DNA of 64,000 bases from Bacteroidetes bacterium UBA1941 (GCA_002336805.1 DDEZ01000011.1:130228-194227), one strand, 5' to 3'. Positions 39,882-49,077 are shown, counted from the stretch's first letter. Notes: generated by a model from the sequence alone, not told the origin. Program-made: numbers and translations.

Positions 39882-40823
39882 TTGAAATTTCTGCTAATAG
39901 CACTAATATCGCTGTGTATGAGAGATTTTACGGCCCGGTACCGCTTTTTTGACTCGATTGTGAACCTGAACCTCTTCGGTACCCGCAAGCTGGCCCGGTA
40001 TCTCAGCTATGCCCTCATTCCCAGCCCAAACGGTGTGGAGACCATCAAAACAATGCTGGGCTTTGCCATCAATGTAGAGCCTGTAAAGGATGCCAACGGC
40101 ATCGAGCATGAGCTATACTATAAGGGCATCTATGAAAAGGCCACCATGCAGGTGATCCAGTCCTGTCTGCGGCCGGGAGATACCTTTATAGATGTCGGTG
40201 CCAATATAGGTGTCATGTCACTGTATGCATCTGTATGCGTAGGCCCTACGGGCAGCGTATTGGCATATGAGGCCAATCCGGCCACTGTCCTCTTGCTAAA
40301 GGAGAATATCGCGCTCAACGGATTTAAGAATATCACGATACATGAGTATGCACTCGGCTCACAGCCAGGTACAGGAGAGATATACCCCGAGACCGTAGCT
40401 GGCAACAGAGGCGCAGCCTCTATGCTCAAACGCGAAGGAAATACGACATTGAAATATGATATCGTCATCAAGAAGCTGGACGATACCATAGGAGATATAC
40501 GGCCTGCTATGATGAAAGTAGATGTGGAAGGCTGGGAGCTGGAGGTCCTCAAGGGCGCCCAGAAACTATTGTCTGCTGAGGATGCGCCGATACTAATAGT
40601 AGAATGCGTGCTGGAGCGTGAGAATACGATAGGCTCTCCACGTGAGATATACAGCTATCTCAAATCTGTGAATGGGTATCGCTTTTACAAATTTGACAAT
40701 GGTACTGACAGGCTGTCTACCCTCAGAGAGATCACCTCTGCGGACCAGCTACCAGATCAGGACAATATTGTGTGCATACCTTCTGCCAGGATGGCCTCAG
40801 TACCCAAAGCATTATTCGCATAA
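39882..40823 (+). CDS. FkbM family methyltransferase
   Basis: FIDVGANIGVMSLYAS SAM motif and MKVDVEGWELEVLKGA motif. The start is TTG at 39882, or alternatively ATG at 39918. Confidence 0.8.
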   Translation: MKFLLIALISLCMRDFTARYRFFDSIVNLNLFGTRKLARYLSYALIPSPNGVETIKTMLGFAINVEPVKDANGIEHELYYKGIYEKATMQVIQSCLRPGDTFIDVGANIGVMSLYASVCVGPTGSVLAYEANPATVLLLKENIALNGFKNITIHEYALGSQPGTGEIYPETVAGNRGAASMLKREGNTTLKYDIVIKKLDDTIGDIRPAMMKVDVEGWELEVLKGAQKLLSAEDAPILIVECVLERENTIGSPREIYSYLKSVNGYRFYKFDNGTDRLSTLREITSADQLPDQDNIVCIPSARMASVPKALFA

Positions 40824-40853
40824 GCACTCCTATAGGAGCTTATGCCACACTAC

Positions 40854-42035
40854 CTATCTCCCGGTCAGGATAGATCCGTATAATTCGTGGTGCTTTTTCC
40901 CTATCACTATTGCTGAAAATATTTCAGCACTATCATGTCTGATCTGCGCAGGTGAGAAGTGCTGATAACTATTCAGCATCGTAGAGATAGCTCCGGCCAG
41001 AGCATCCACATCGCGCGGGGGGATGAGCAGACCATTGGTCTCGTTTACAAAATCTTCAGGTCCGCCACAGCGCGTGGCGATCACCGGCCTGCCATAGCGC
41101 AGCGACTCGGCGGTCACTACTGACTGACCCTCAAAGTTGCTAAAGATCACATGTGCTATTGATCGCTTTATCCATTGGATCTTTTCTTCATCGCTCACAT
41201 AGCCATGAAAGAAAATAGCTTTGTCCAAAAGTTTTTTTTTCGCTGCGTACTCCTTCAGTGCAGCGAGTTCCTTGCCTTTCCCCAGGATATGTAATTCAAA
41301 ATCGTGACGGCTTTTGGCCATTATGGCGATTGCAGCTATGATGCCGTATACATTTTTCTGAGCTGTATCCAGAGAGGAGATATGGAGCAGTACCTTTTTG
41401 TCAGCGAGGCGTAGGTCATCCTCGTAGTCTGTTTCGGATACCTCTACTACATTGGATATAATGGAGACATTGCGCGACAGTCCATAGTAGTGGAATGCTT
41501 CTTTCATTGCCTCGGAGCAGACTATTACTTTTGATGCAAAGAGAGAGCAAAGTTTCATACCTATCCGCCATCTGAGCCATCTTTTGATAAGTCCATAGCG
41601 TTTGCGCATAGGTACGTCCCAGTGTTCGGAGTACACAAAGGGGATACTGTGGATGAATTTATAATACCACAGGGAGAAAATGTGGAGGGACACCACATTG
41701 AGGTGGAATACATCAGGCCTGGTCAGTACAAACTCGCGATGGATGACCCGGGCCAGTAGGAAGAATTCTTTCACTGCGTTCAGGATGATATCCAGCGGCC
41801 TGCTGCCTGTTCTGATCGCCTTGTGGTATATCTGTATGGTATCCACACCATTCGTACTGCTGCGCAGTTCGCGCCGGGAGGCCGTCAGATGTTCATCCTC
41901 GCAGGTATAGAACACGGTGATATCATCATACGGGGCTATCGCCTCTGCCATGTTTTTCAGGAAAATGCCTTCTCCGGGCCTTTGCTTATTAGGATACCAG
42001 GTGCAGACAAAGAAGATTCTTTTGCGATCCATCAT
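40854..42035 (-). CDS. Glycosyltransferase family 4 (GT-B)
   Basis: 393 aa. C-terminal EGQSVVTAESLRYGRPVIATRCGGPEDFV (E-x7-E region). Confidence 0.85.
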   Translation of the reverse strand: MMDRKRIFFVCTWYPNKQRPGEGIFLKNMAEAIAPYDDITVFYTCEDEHLTASRRELRSSTNGVDTIQIYHKAIRTGSRPLDIILNAVKEFFLLARVIHREFVLTRPDVFHLNVVSLHIFSLWYYKFIHSIPFVYSEHWDVPMRKRYGLIKRWLRWRIGMKLCSLFASKVIVCSEAMKEAFHYYGLSRNVSIISNVVEVSETDYEDDLRLADKKVLLHISSLDTAQKNVYGIIAAIAIMAKSRHDFELHILGKGKELAALKEYAAKKKLLDKAIFFHGYVSDEEKIQWIKRSIAHVIFSNFEGQSVVTAESLRYGRPVIATRCGGPEDFVNETNGLLIPPRDVDALAGAISTMLNSYQHFSPAQIRHDSAEIFSAIVIGKKHHELYGSILTGR

Positions 42036-42043
42036 TGTCTCTA

Positions 42044-43081
42044 TCAGGCATCAAAGCCTGCATACTCAGCAGGTGTGTTGGGTTTCGCCCACATATTCTC
42101 CATGCCGGAGTAGTGGGTCTCTATCTCGCCGAGTATGTCATATACCTCCTGTGCGCTCATGGTCTGCACCAGGCGGGAGCGAAAGGTCTTGATATTCTCC
42201 AATCCGCGGAAGTATGGCCCGTAGTGGCGGCGCATCTCCAGCAGGCCCAGGTTATTGCCCTTCCACTCTATAGAGTGGCGCACATGCTCGCGGCAGGCAT
42301 CTAGCCGCTCAGAGAGCGTAGGTATGGCCATATGCTCGCCGGTACGGAGATAGTGCTTTATCTCGCGAAATACCCACGGGTAGCCGATAGACGCACGGCC
42401 TATCATCACGCCATCTGCGCCATAGGTATTGATCATCTTCTTCGCATCCTCACCCGTGGTCACATCACCATTGCCAAAGACAGGTATATGCAGGCGCGGA
42501 TTGTTCTTTACTTTTTCTATCCATGTCCAGTCGGCCTTGCCGGTGTACATCTGGTGCTTGGTACGGCAGTGTATGGAGATGGCCTTGATGCCTACATCCT
42601 GTAGCCTCTCAGCTACCTCTACTACGCGTATAGAGTTGGCATCCCAGCCGAGGCGCGTCTTGACTGTGACGGGCAGATTGGTAGACTTTACTATCACCTC
42701 AGTGAGGCGTACCATCTTGTCTATATCGCGCAGGATACCAGAGCCGGCATTTTTGCAAACCACATTCTTCACCGGGCAGCCGTAGTTGATATCCAGCAGC
42801 TCCGGATTGGCGCGCTCTACTATCTTAGCACTGAGAGACATGGCCTCCTCCTCTCCGCCAAATATCTGGATGCCCACCGGGCGCTCGTCTTCATAGATGT
42901 CGAGCTTCTTCACACTCTTGTCAGCATCGCGTATCAGGCCATCGGAGGAGATGAACTCTGTATACAGCATATCAGCACCGTGCTTGCGGCACAGGCGGCG
43001 AAAGGGCGGATCACTCACGTCCTCCATAGGAGCGAGCAGGAGCGGATTTTCACCCAGGTCTATATGTGCGATCTTGGCCAT
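42044..43081 (-). CDS. dusB: tRNA dihydrouridine synthase B
   Basis: LAPMEDVSDPPFR, NYGCP, and a TIM-barrel pattern with a C-terminal helical domain. ATG at 43081 preferred over the TTG at 43093, which overlaps a -7 box. Confidence 0.9.
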   Translation of the reverse strand: MAKIAHIDLGENPLLLAPMEDVSDPPFRRLCRKHGADMLYTEFISSDGLIRDADKSVKKLDIYEDERPVGIQIFGGEEEAMSLSAKIVERANPELLDINYGCPVKNVVCKNAGSGILRDIDKMVRLTEVIVKSTNLPVTVKTRLGWDANSIRVVEVAERLQDVGIKAISIHCRTKHQMYTGKADWTWIEKVKNNPRLHIPVFGNGDVTTGEDAKKMINTYGADGVMIGRASIGYPWVFREIKHYLRTGEHMAIPTLSERLDACREHVRHSIEWKGNNLGLLEMRRHYGPYFRGLENIKTFRSRLVQTMSAQEVYDILGEIETHYSGMENMWAKPNTPAEYAGFDA

Positions 43082-43090
43082 CGTAGCCCG

Positions 43091-43098
43091 CAAAGATA
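43091..43098 (-). promoter_or_regulatory. Bacteroidota-type -7 promoter box
   Basis: Exact TATCTTTG on the minus strand, 9 nt upstream of the dusB ATG. Confidence 0.4.
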
Positions 43099-43135
43099 GC
43101 TAAAATCCACCGCCCGCGCCAATGCGCGATATGAC

Positions 43136-43519
43136 CTAATTATCGGTGGCCCCCTGCTGTATCCAGCAGTAGATCTTATTGGTCAGCGAGTCAGACAGTT
43201 TGCCTGTAGGCGGCATGATAGAGGTACCACCGCCGCCGGTCACCTTATTGTACAAGATGCTGTAGCTGGCCTGGCCTGCATGAAAGTACCCTCCGCTCAC
43301 CAGATCAGTATAGGCTACCGCAGAGTCGAGCTTGAGGTAGCCGGTAGGATTGGCGCCCGTGTGGCAGCCGGATATGGCGCAGTGAGTCTGAAAAATGGGA
43401 ATGACATCCTGTCGGAAAGATACCGTGCCCGAGCAGTTGATTCCTTCCTTTGGCCTGGAGCACTGCGCCAAGGCCAAAGAAAGGAACACCAGTAGTACTA
43501 TATAAATCCGGTAGCGCAT
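43136..43519 (-). CDS. Small lipoprotein resembling a Planctomycete-cytochrome-c (PSCyt1-like) domain but with C-x4-CH
   Basis: 127 aa. Signal/lipobox ALAQC. The layout VIPIFQTHCAISGCH...G.LKLDS...MPP...L......WI.QGA mimics PSCyt1. Its start overlaps the upstream stop (TAATG). Confidence 0.5.
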   Translation of the reverse strand: MRYRIYIVLLVFLSLALAQCSRPKEGINCSGTVSFRQDVIPIFQTHCAISGCHTGANPTGYLKLDSAVAYTDLVSGGYFHAGQASYSILYNKVTGGGGTSIMPPTGKLSDSLTNKIYCWIQQGATDN

Positions 43520-44280
43520 TATTCTTCGTACTCAAACATAGATGGGATATTGCCGGCCAGTGTGGTGGCCAGTGCAGTATTCACATCAGTGCTATTGGTC
43601 TGATTGCTTTGTATCATATCCACGTTGTTAAAGAGTTTGCCATAGTCGCCTGTGATGTGGATGGTGATGCTGCCATTGGCTGTGGCCTGATATGGTGCAT
43701 TATATGGGGCTGCAGAGTGGTCTCCGAGAGTCACGGTCTTCAGCAGGGCATCTGTACCTATCAGGTAGCTGAAGGCTTTGTTTGGCGTACCTGAGCCACT
43801 GCTATCTATCAGGCCTGCTACAGCCAGGAAGATATAACCATTGGCGGTTGTGTTATAGTTCATGATCGGATTTTGAGTAGCCAGGTCGCCACTTTGAGTC
43901 GCCGGATCTTTGTGGTTATCTGCAGACTGGACACCTACATTGAAGGAGATACTCTTATAGCTACCAGTGGGGATATTGCCTATCATATATTCTTCTATAC
44001 CCCATTGCACCAGAGTAGTACCGCTTACGTCTACTGTGGTACCATCAGTCCGGGTGAGCTTGATGCCGGAGATGTAATATTCGGCGCGAGTCAGAGTGAC
44101 ACTTTTGCCCGCCCAGTTGGCATACACGCCTCCCTGATCTACTTCATTGGTATCAATATTGGTGTGAATGTGCAGCATCAGCATAGCTGTTTGCGCCGGG
44201 TCTGCTTTCTTTTTGCAGCCGGTGGCCAATAAAATTGCAGCCGCAATGACTAGAAGGGAGACTTTAGTAGTTGATTTCAT
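43519..44280 (-). CDS. MbnP-like lipoprotein (tentative)
   Basis: 253 aa. Lipobox LLATGC. The pattern ...LTRAEYYISGIKLTRTDGT... is recalled from the MbnP family. Assignment is by memory only. Confidence 0.45.
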   Translation of the reverse strand: MKSTTKVSLLVIAAAILLATGCKKKADPAQTAMLMLHIHTNIDTNEVDQGGVYANWAGKSVTLTRAEYYISGIKLTRTDGTTVDVSGTTLVQWGIEEYMIGNIPTGSYKSISFNVGVQSADNHKDPATQSGDLATQNPIMNYNTTANGYIFLAVAGLIDSSGSGTPNKAFSYLIGTDALLKTVTLGDHSAAPYNAPYQATANGSITIHITGDYGKLFNNVDMIQSNQTNSTDVNTALATTLAGNIPSMFEYEE

Positions 44281-44305
44281 GTCAGATTTATTACGGTTAT
44301 TGAAA

Positions 44306-44713
44306 TTATGGGTTTACAGTAAAGTCTACTTTTTGAGTAGCGCTATTGGTCAGGTGATTCACTACTTCAGCCTCCAGCTCCAGCTCCTGCTGTGCAGACG
44401 GTGTAGGGAGTGTAAAGGATGTATCTATGGTATAGCTTTCCAGATCATGTACGGAAAAATCAGCCATCCATACACTGCTGCCACCAGAGTGCTGCTTTAC
44501 TGTGATTGATAATTCATGCAGAAGGTGTGCATCGTCTGTACCGGAAGCTGTGGCTGTACCCAAAATGTGAACCGTAGTTCCTCCTGTAAAACTCTGTCCC
44601 GCCGTAGGCGAGGTAATGGTCAGAGAGGGGTAGTCACTGATGGTCGCCTTCTTCTTGCAGGATGTGATGGTGAGGGCAGTAAGGGCGAGGGCGAAAAGCA
44701 AAGTGTGTTTCAT
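44306..44713 (-). CDS. Small lipoprotein, Ig-like beta-sandwich predicted (possibly DUF4625-like)
   Basis: 135 aa. Lipobox LTITSC. Beta-rich with several His residues. Confidence 0.45.
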   Translation of the reverse strand: MKHTLLFALALTALTITSCKKKATISDYPSLTITSPTAGQSFTGGTTVHILGTATASGTDDAHLLHELSITVKQHSGGSSVWMADFSVHDLESYTIDTSFTLPTPSAQQELELEAEVVNHLTNSATQKVDFTVNP

Positions 44714-44737
44714 TGTATTGATGTTTAGTTGATTGAT

Positions 44738-45646
44738 TTAAAATGTGTAAAAGGCTCCGACCTCTGCAGCCATCAGCTGCCTGTATGCCATAGTAAAAAC
44801 GCGGTTATAAACCACCGGTACTACAGCTAGGCTGAATGCAAAGTGCTTTACATAGGCCTCCATACCTGCTGTAGCAGTGAACAGGTGTGCATAGGATTCA
44901 TATACCGGCTGGCGGTGGTTGTAGTTATTCTGTGTGTAGGTATAGGAGGTACCTACCATAGGCATGAGAGTGATCTTGCCTGCCCGCACCACATAGGAGA
45001 AGCGCACCCCCGCATCCGTTTTATCTCCAAAGCGGAAACCGTATTTGTTTACGGTGTTGACCTTGTATGCGGCGCGGGCACTCATGACCAGTTTGCGATA
45101 GCTAAGCGTGTAGACCACATTGAGCAGTACATCCACGCTACCAGAGCCGAGCTGTACACTTGTATTATAAAGGTCCTTCTTACCTGACTGGTATTTGCCG
45201 GTAGGCAGCTTGAGGCCCACACCTGCGCGTAGCTGATGCTTCACTCGGCCTACACCAAATTTGGCGGGATTGAGAATCTGGTACTGTGCTAGCAGGCTCA
45301 TATCACCCAGGCCACGGTCATGCGTGTCAGACAGCGTAGAGTACTGATGTATAAAGCTGACGGGTACGAAGACGGATACCTGAAAACGCTTGGGCAGATT
45401 GAACCGGCCATATGCCTCCAGCGTATTGACCATCTCATGATTCTTGATACCATTCTGCTCTGGTATCAGGCTGAAGTTGCGATTCTCATACTGGCTGTAG
45501 GTCCACCTGAGACCTGCCATATGCTTGTCCAGATCGGGTAGTATGCTATAGTTGCACCCCGAGCCTGTAGCGCAGCATGATTGTGCTTTGCTCTCTGCTA
45601 TACCCAGCCATAGGAGGCAGAGGCATAGCATCATCTTATATTTCAT
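44738..45646 (-). CDS. Outer-membrane beta-barrel transporter (Phenol_MetA_deg-like family)
   Basis: Signal peptide, alternating beta-strand pattern, GLGD and KLPTG motifs, C-terminal aromatic residue (YTF). Unusual CC..G.GC cluster right after the signal peptide. Confidence 0.55.
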   Translation of the reverse strand: MKYKMMLCLCLLWLGIAESKAQSCCATGSGCNYSILPDLDKHMAGLRWTYSQYENRNFSLIPEQNGIKNHEMVNTLEAYGRFNLPKRFQVSVFVPVSFIHQYSTLSDTHDRGLGDMSLLAQYQILNPAKFGVGRVKHQLRAGVGLKLPTGKYQSGKKDLYNTSVQLGSGSVDVLLNVVYTLSYRKLVMSARAAYKVNTVNKYGFRFGDKTDAGVRFSYVVRAGKITLMPMVGTSYTYTQNNYNHRQPVYESYAHLFTATAGMEAYVKHFAFSLAVVPVVYNRVFTMAYRQLMAAEVGAFYTF

Positions 45647-45719
45647 TGATAAATGCTTTAACCTGAAAAATGTAATAGCTCCCTACATGATCAGTATATG
45701 GGAGTCTGGGACAGTCAGG

Positions 45720-46088
45720 TTAAGCGCAAGGTGGAGGGTCCAGTACGGTATGGGGAGATGCTATCTGCCTGCCCTGATATGGCTGCATATAGCTCACTAT
45801 AGAGTATGAGGGGATAAAAGCCGGAAGGGCTATCTCGTCATATGCGGTCACCGCTTCGTCCTTTTCTATAATAGACCGGGACTGTTTTTTTTCGTTCTCT
45901 TCTGCTTTTTTGAGTTGTTTGGAGAGGTAGCATTTACCGTTGCAATGCAGTGAGGGGTTGCTCTTATTCACGCAGAGTTTCTCAGCGATCATTTGCTTAT
46001 TGATCTCATAGTACGCCCAGAGCCCCAGGCTCACCATACCCTGTGCCAGTATAGCGATAGTCAATACTATGGATATAAGTTTCCTCAC
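45720..46088 (-). CDS. Small single-TM protein with a conserved Cys cluster (C-x10-C-x3-C)
   Basis: N-terminal TM helix, then EKLCVNKSNPSLHCNGKCYLSKQLKK. GTG at 46088 is preferred because the TTG at 46097 lies inside a -7 box. Confidence 0.45.
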   Translation of the reverse strand: MRKLISIVLTIAILAQGMVSLGLWAYYEINKQMIAEKLCVNKSNPSLHCNGKCYLSKQLKKAEENEKKQSRSIIEKDEAVTAYDEIALPAFIPSYSIVSYMQPYQGRQIASPHTVLDPPPCA

Positions 46089-46094
46089 CGGTAG

Positions 46095-46102
46095 CAAAAG
46101 TA
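46095..46102 (-). promoter_or_regulatory. Bacteroidota-type -7 promoter box
   Basis: Exact TACTTTTG on the minus strand, 6 nt upstream of the GTG at 46088. Heads the five-gene envelope operon. Confidence 0.35.
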
Positions 46103-46189
46103 GCTAATGATCCTGCAACATGCAAGATTAATACCTGCGAATACTTATTCTGTTGACTGATAATATTCATGACATGTGGGGCTAATATT

Positions 46190-46197
46190 TACATTTG
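46190..46197 (+). promoter_or_regulatory. Bacteroidota-type -7 promoter box
   Basis: Exact TACATTTG, 6 nt upstream of the CPBP protease ATG at 46204. Confidence 0.4.
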
Positions 46198-46203
46198 TGA
46201 CCT

Positions 46204-47133
46204 ATGAGGTATCCCTTTCCTGACAATAAGCAGGTCCGCGCACTAGTGGTGGCAGCTACTATCGTCGCCTCTATGCTGGTCGGTTTGTCTCTCGCATTTC
46301 TGGTGGTCAAAGTGACCCTGCCCGGCTTGTTTGGTGTGGCTGATCCTGTGGCTTTTATGGCGTCGCAGCCGGCTCAGATAGCCTACCCGCAGGCTACGCT
46401 GTATATGCAGGTGATCACCTCCTCCATAGGCCTCTTCCTGATACCTTCTATCATGTTCCTGATGCTTTTTCGCGCGGATATGGCAGACAGGCTGAGACTA
46501 TCACTACCGCCACTAAAGTACTGGCTGGTAGCGATCGTGACCATGATAGCAGCGGGGATCTTCATACAGCTGCTGGTACAGCTCATGCAGCTCATACCAC
46601 TGCCACCTACCCTTCAGTCTATGCGAGAGGCAGGCGAGGCGATCAATAAGATGCTCGACGCATTTTTTGCCGGCCGTACTCCGGGCTACTTCCTGGCACT
46701 GACACTGGCCATGGCGCTGATGCCGGCTATAGCAGAGGAGGCTTTCTTTCGCGGCACGCTGCAGAATACTCTCAGGGACTTTGGTATCACTCCTATAGGT
46801 GCTATCATGATCAGCGGCTTCACCTTTGCGGTGATACACATGGAGTTTGACAATACGCTGGGCATCTGGTGCATGGGCGTAGTACTGGGCCTGATGTACT
46901 ACTACACTGATAGCCTGTGGGTCTGTATCACGGCCCACTTCCTCAATAATTTTATGATAGTGGCCTTCAAGTACTACCATATGACAGGTGCGATAGAGAA
47001 AGACCTGGTCAGCACAGATGCGCTACCCCTATACTACACAGTGCCTGCAGGAGTGGTCATGGTGGCCGGCCTGGTCATACTATCCCGCTGGAGCGGAAGG
47101 AAGCTCACGACACCACGATTTGATTATATTTGA
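46204..47133 (+). CDS. CPBP family intramembrane glutamic endopeptidase (CAAX protease-like)
   Basis: Motifs EEAFFRG, FAVIH and HFLNN in a polytopic membrane protein. Confidence 0.85.
   Translation: MRYPFPDNKQVRALVVAATIVASMLVGLSLAFLVVKVTLPGLFGVADPVAFMASQPAQIAYPQATLYMQVITSSIGLFLIPSIMFLMLFRADMADRLRLSLPPLKYWLVAIVTMIAAGIFIQLLVQLMQLIPLPPTLQSMREAGEAINKMLDAFFAGRTPGYFLALTLAMALMPAIAEEAFFRGTLQNTLRDFGITPIGAIMISGFTFAVIHMEFDNTLGIWCMGVVLGLMYYYTDSLWVCITAHFLNNFMIVAFKYYHMTGAIEKDLVSTDALPLYYTVPAGVVMVAGLVILSRWSGRKLTTPRFDYI
47125..47132 (+). promoter_or_regulatory. Bacteroidota-type -7 promoter box
   Basis: Exact TATATTTG, 20 nt upstream of the cdsA ATG. Overlaps the end of the upstream CDS. Confidence 0.35.
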
Positions 47134-47152
47134 AAACATATAAATACGACTG

Positions 47153-48040
47153 ATGAAGAACTTTCTGGTACGACTCGCCACGGGCCTCATAGTGTCCGCG
47201 CTCTTTATCTCTGCTACGCTCTACAGCTGGCTCACATTTGGGCTGGTGATATTGATAGCGGTGACCGGAGCTGTGTATGAGTTTTACTCCATATCTACTC
47301 CTGCCCGCCATGGCAATACTAAGGGCCGCGGTCTGACTGTGGCTCTGGCCATAGCGCTCACAGTCCTGTCCATACTGTTTAATAAAAGGCCGTTCATATT
47401 CGCTGACGTCACGATACTGCTGCCGGCAGTTTTGTTCTTCTTCTTTGTCAGGGAGCTATTCACCCGGTCAGAGAACCCCTTTCAGGAGATCGGCTGGAGC
47501 ATCCTGCCTTTCATATATATAGTGCTACCCATCATGCTGCTAAACTGGCTGTACTTTGACAAAGGACCGTTGTTTGCCCTCAGTATCCTGTTCCTCATCT
47601 GGTTTTATGACTCTATGTGCTATATCTGTGGGTCACTTTTGGGCCGGACCAAGCTCATAGAGCGCATCTCTCCCAAGAAGACCGTAGAAGGCCTGGCAGG
47701 GGGGATGGTATTATCCCTCGTCTTTGTCTTCTTCTATGATAAGATCTTTGCCTACCTAGGTGCGCAGTTTCATATGAAGCTGCCGCTGGATACCTATACA
47801 AACATCAACTGGCTCATCATCGGCTTTGTCACACTGGTGTTTGCCACCTTTGGGGACCTGGTAGAGTCTCTGCTGAAGCGCAGCCTGCATATCAAGGACT
47901 CCGGCTCTATCATGCCGGGACACGGCGGCTTTCTGGACAGGCTGGATGCTATCTTTGTAGCACTGCCATTTGCAGTGCTGGTCATCTGGTTTACAGACCG
48001 GGTAGGAGAGATCAGGCTACTTATAGACTTTCTGAGTTAA
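47153..48040 (+). CDS. cdsA: Phosphatidate cytidylyltransferase
   Basis: C-terminal signature SLLKRSLHIKDSGSIMPGHGGFLDRLD. Confidence 0.9.
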   Translation: MKNFLVRLATGLIVSALFISATLYSWLTFGLVILIAVTGAVYEFYSISTPARHGNTKGRGLTVALAIALTVLSILFNKRPFIFADVTILLPAVLFFFFVRELFTRSENPFQEIGWSILPFIYIVLPIMLLNWLYFDKGPLFALSILFLIWFYDSMCYICGSLLGRTKLIERISPKKTVEGLAGGMVLSLVFVFFYDKIFAYLGAQFHMKLPLDTYTNINWLIIGFVTLVFATFGDLVESLLKRSLHIKDSGSIMPGHGGFLDRLDAIFVALPFAVLVIWFTDRVGEIRLLIDFLS

Positions 48041-48090
48041 GGAGTTATATACTATCCTGAGCGAACATTCCGCTCTTTACCCAGTTTTTA

Positions 48091-48098
48091 TACCTTTG
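48091..48098 (+). promoter_or_regulatory. Bacteroidota-type -7 promoter box
   Basis: Exact TACCTTTG, 22 nt upstream of the psd ATG. Confidence 0.4.
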
Positions 48099-48120
48099 TA
48101 GTTCGTTTATAACCGACTCA

Positions 48121-48801
48121 ATGCGTCCAAGGAAAATGTCGATCCATCGTGAAGGTCACGGGATCATAATCGTCACAGGCCTTATAGCAGTAGCTATCAA
48201 CCTGCCTCTGGCTATCATCACAAAGAGCACCTTCCTGGCGGTCATGGTGGCGCTGCTATCTACAGTAGTGATACTGGCCTTCATCTCTTTCTTTCGTATC
48301 CCTCATCGCGACTTCCGGATAGAGAATAACAAGATCATAGCGCCTGCCGATGGCCGCGTGGTGGTGATAGAGCAGGTAGAGGAGGGCGAGTACTTCAAAG
48401 ACAAGCGGATACAGGTATCCATCTTTATGTCCCCGGCCAATGTGCATGTGAACCGCAGCCCTGTGAGCGGCGTGGTGACCTACCAGAAGTACCACCCGGG
48501 CCAGTACCTCGTGGCATGGCATCCTAAGTCATCTGAGAAGAACGAGCGCAACACGGTGGTGATAGAACACCAGGACGGTATAGAGATACTGATCCGCCAG
48601 ATAGCCGGCAAACTGGCCCGTAAGATACGCTACTATGTATCTGAGGGTGACTCTATAGACCAGGCCAATGAGTTTGGCTTTATCAAGTTTGGGTCGCGGG
48701 TGGACCTCTTCCTGCCGTTAGGTACTACCATAGACGTGGACCTGAAGCAGAAGGTAAAGGGTGGTATCACCGTGATCGGCACTCTGCCTGACAAGGCCTA
48801 G
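48121..48801 (+). CDS. psd: Phosphatidylserine decarboxylase family protein
   Basis: N-terminal TM helices, a HRDF..P.DG motif, and the self-cleavage region FGSRVD. Confidence 0.9.
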   Translation: MRPRKMSIHREGHGIIIVTGLIAVAINLPLAIITKSTFLAVMVALLSTVVILAFISFFRIPHRDFRIENNKIIAPADGRVVVIEQVEEGEYFKDKRIQVSIFMSPANVHVNRSPVSGVVTYQKYHPGQYLVAWHPKSSEKNERNTVVIEHQDGIEILIRQIAGKLARKIRYYVSEGDSIDQANEFGFIKFGSRVDLFLPLGTTIDVDLKQKVKGGITVIGTLPDKA

Positions 48802-49077
48802 ATTCCCTAGATTTTAACATAGCTGCATGTGGTGGAGCCTACTCTGCCGGGAGGTGTCATGGCCTATCGGGACCAAGGTTTCCGACTGTAGGAGGAGGCG
48901 TGGGACGAAGGGCGAGGGGCGGTGATATAGCTATATGCGGGGTGAAGTCTCGAGCTTAGGGAGCACCTGAAAGATTGTTTTTCGACTGAGCGGGATGATC
49001 TGGCGGGATTGATTTTGAACCGACGATGGAATGCCAATTCACTGACAATTAAATAGTTGTGCTATATGTAGTGCAAT

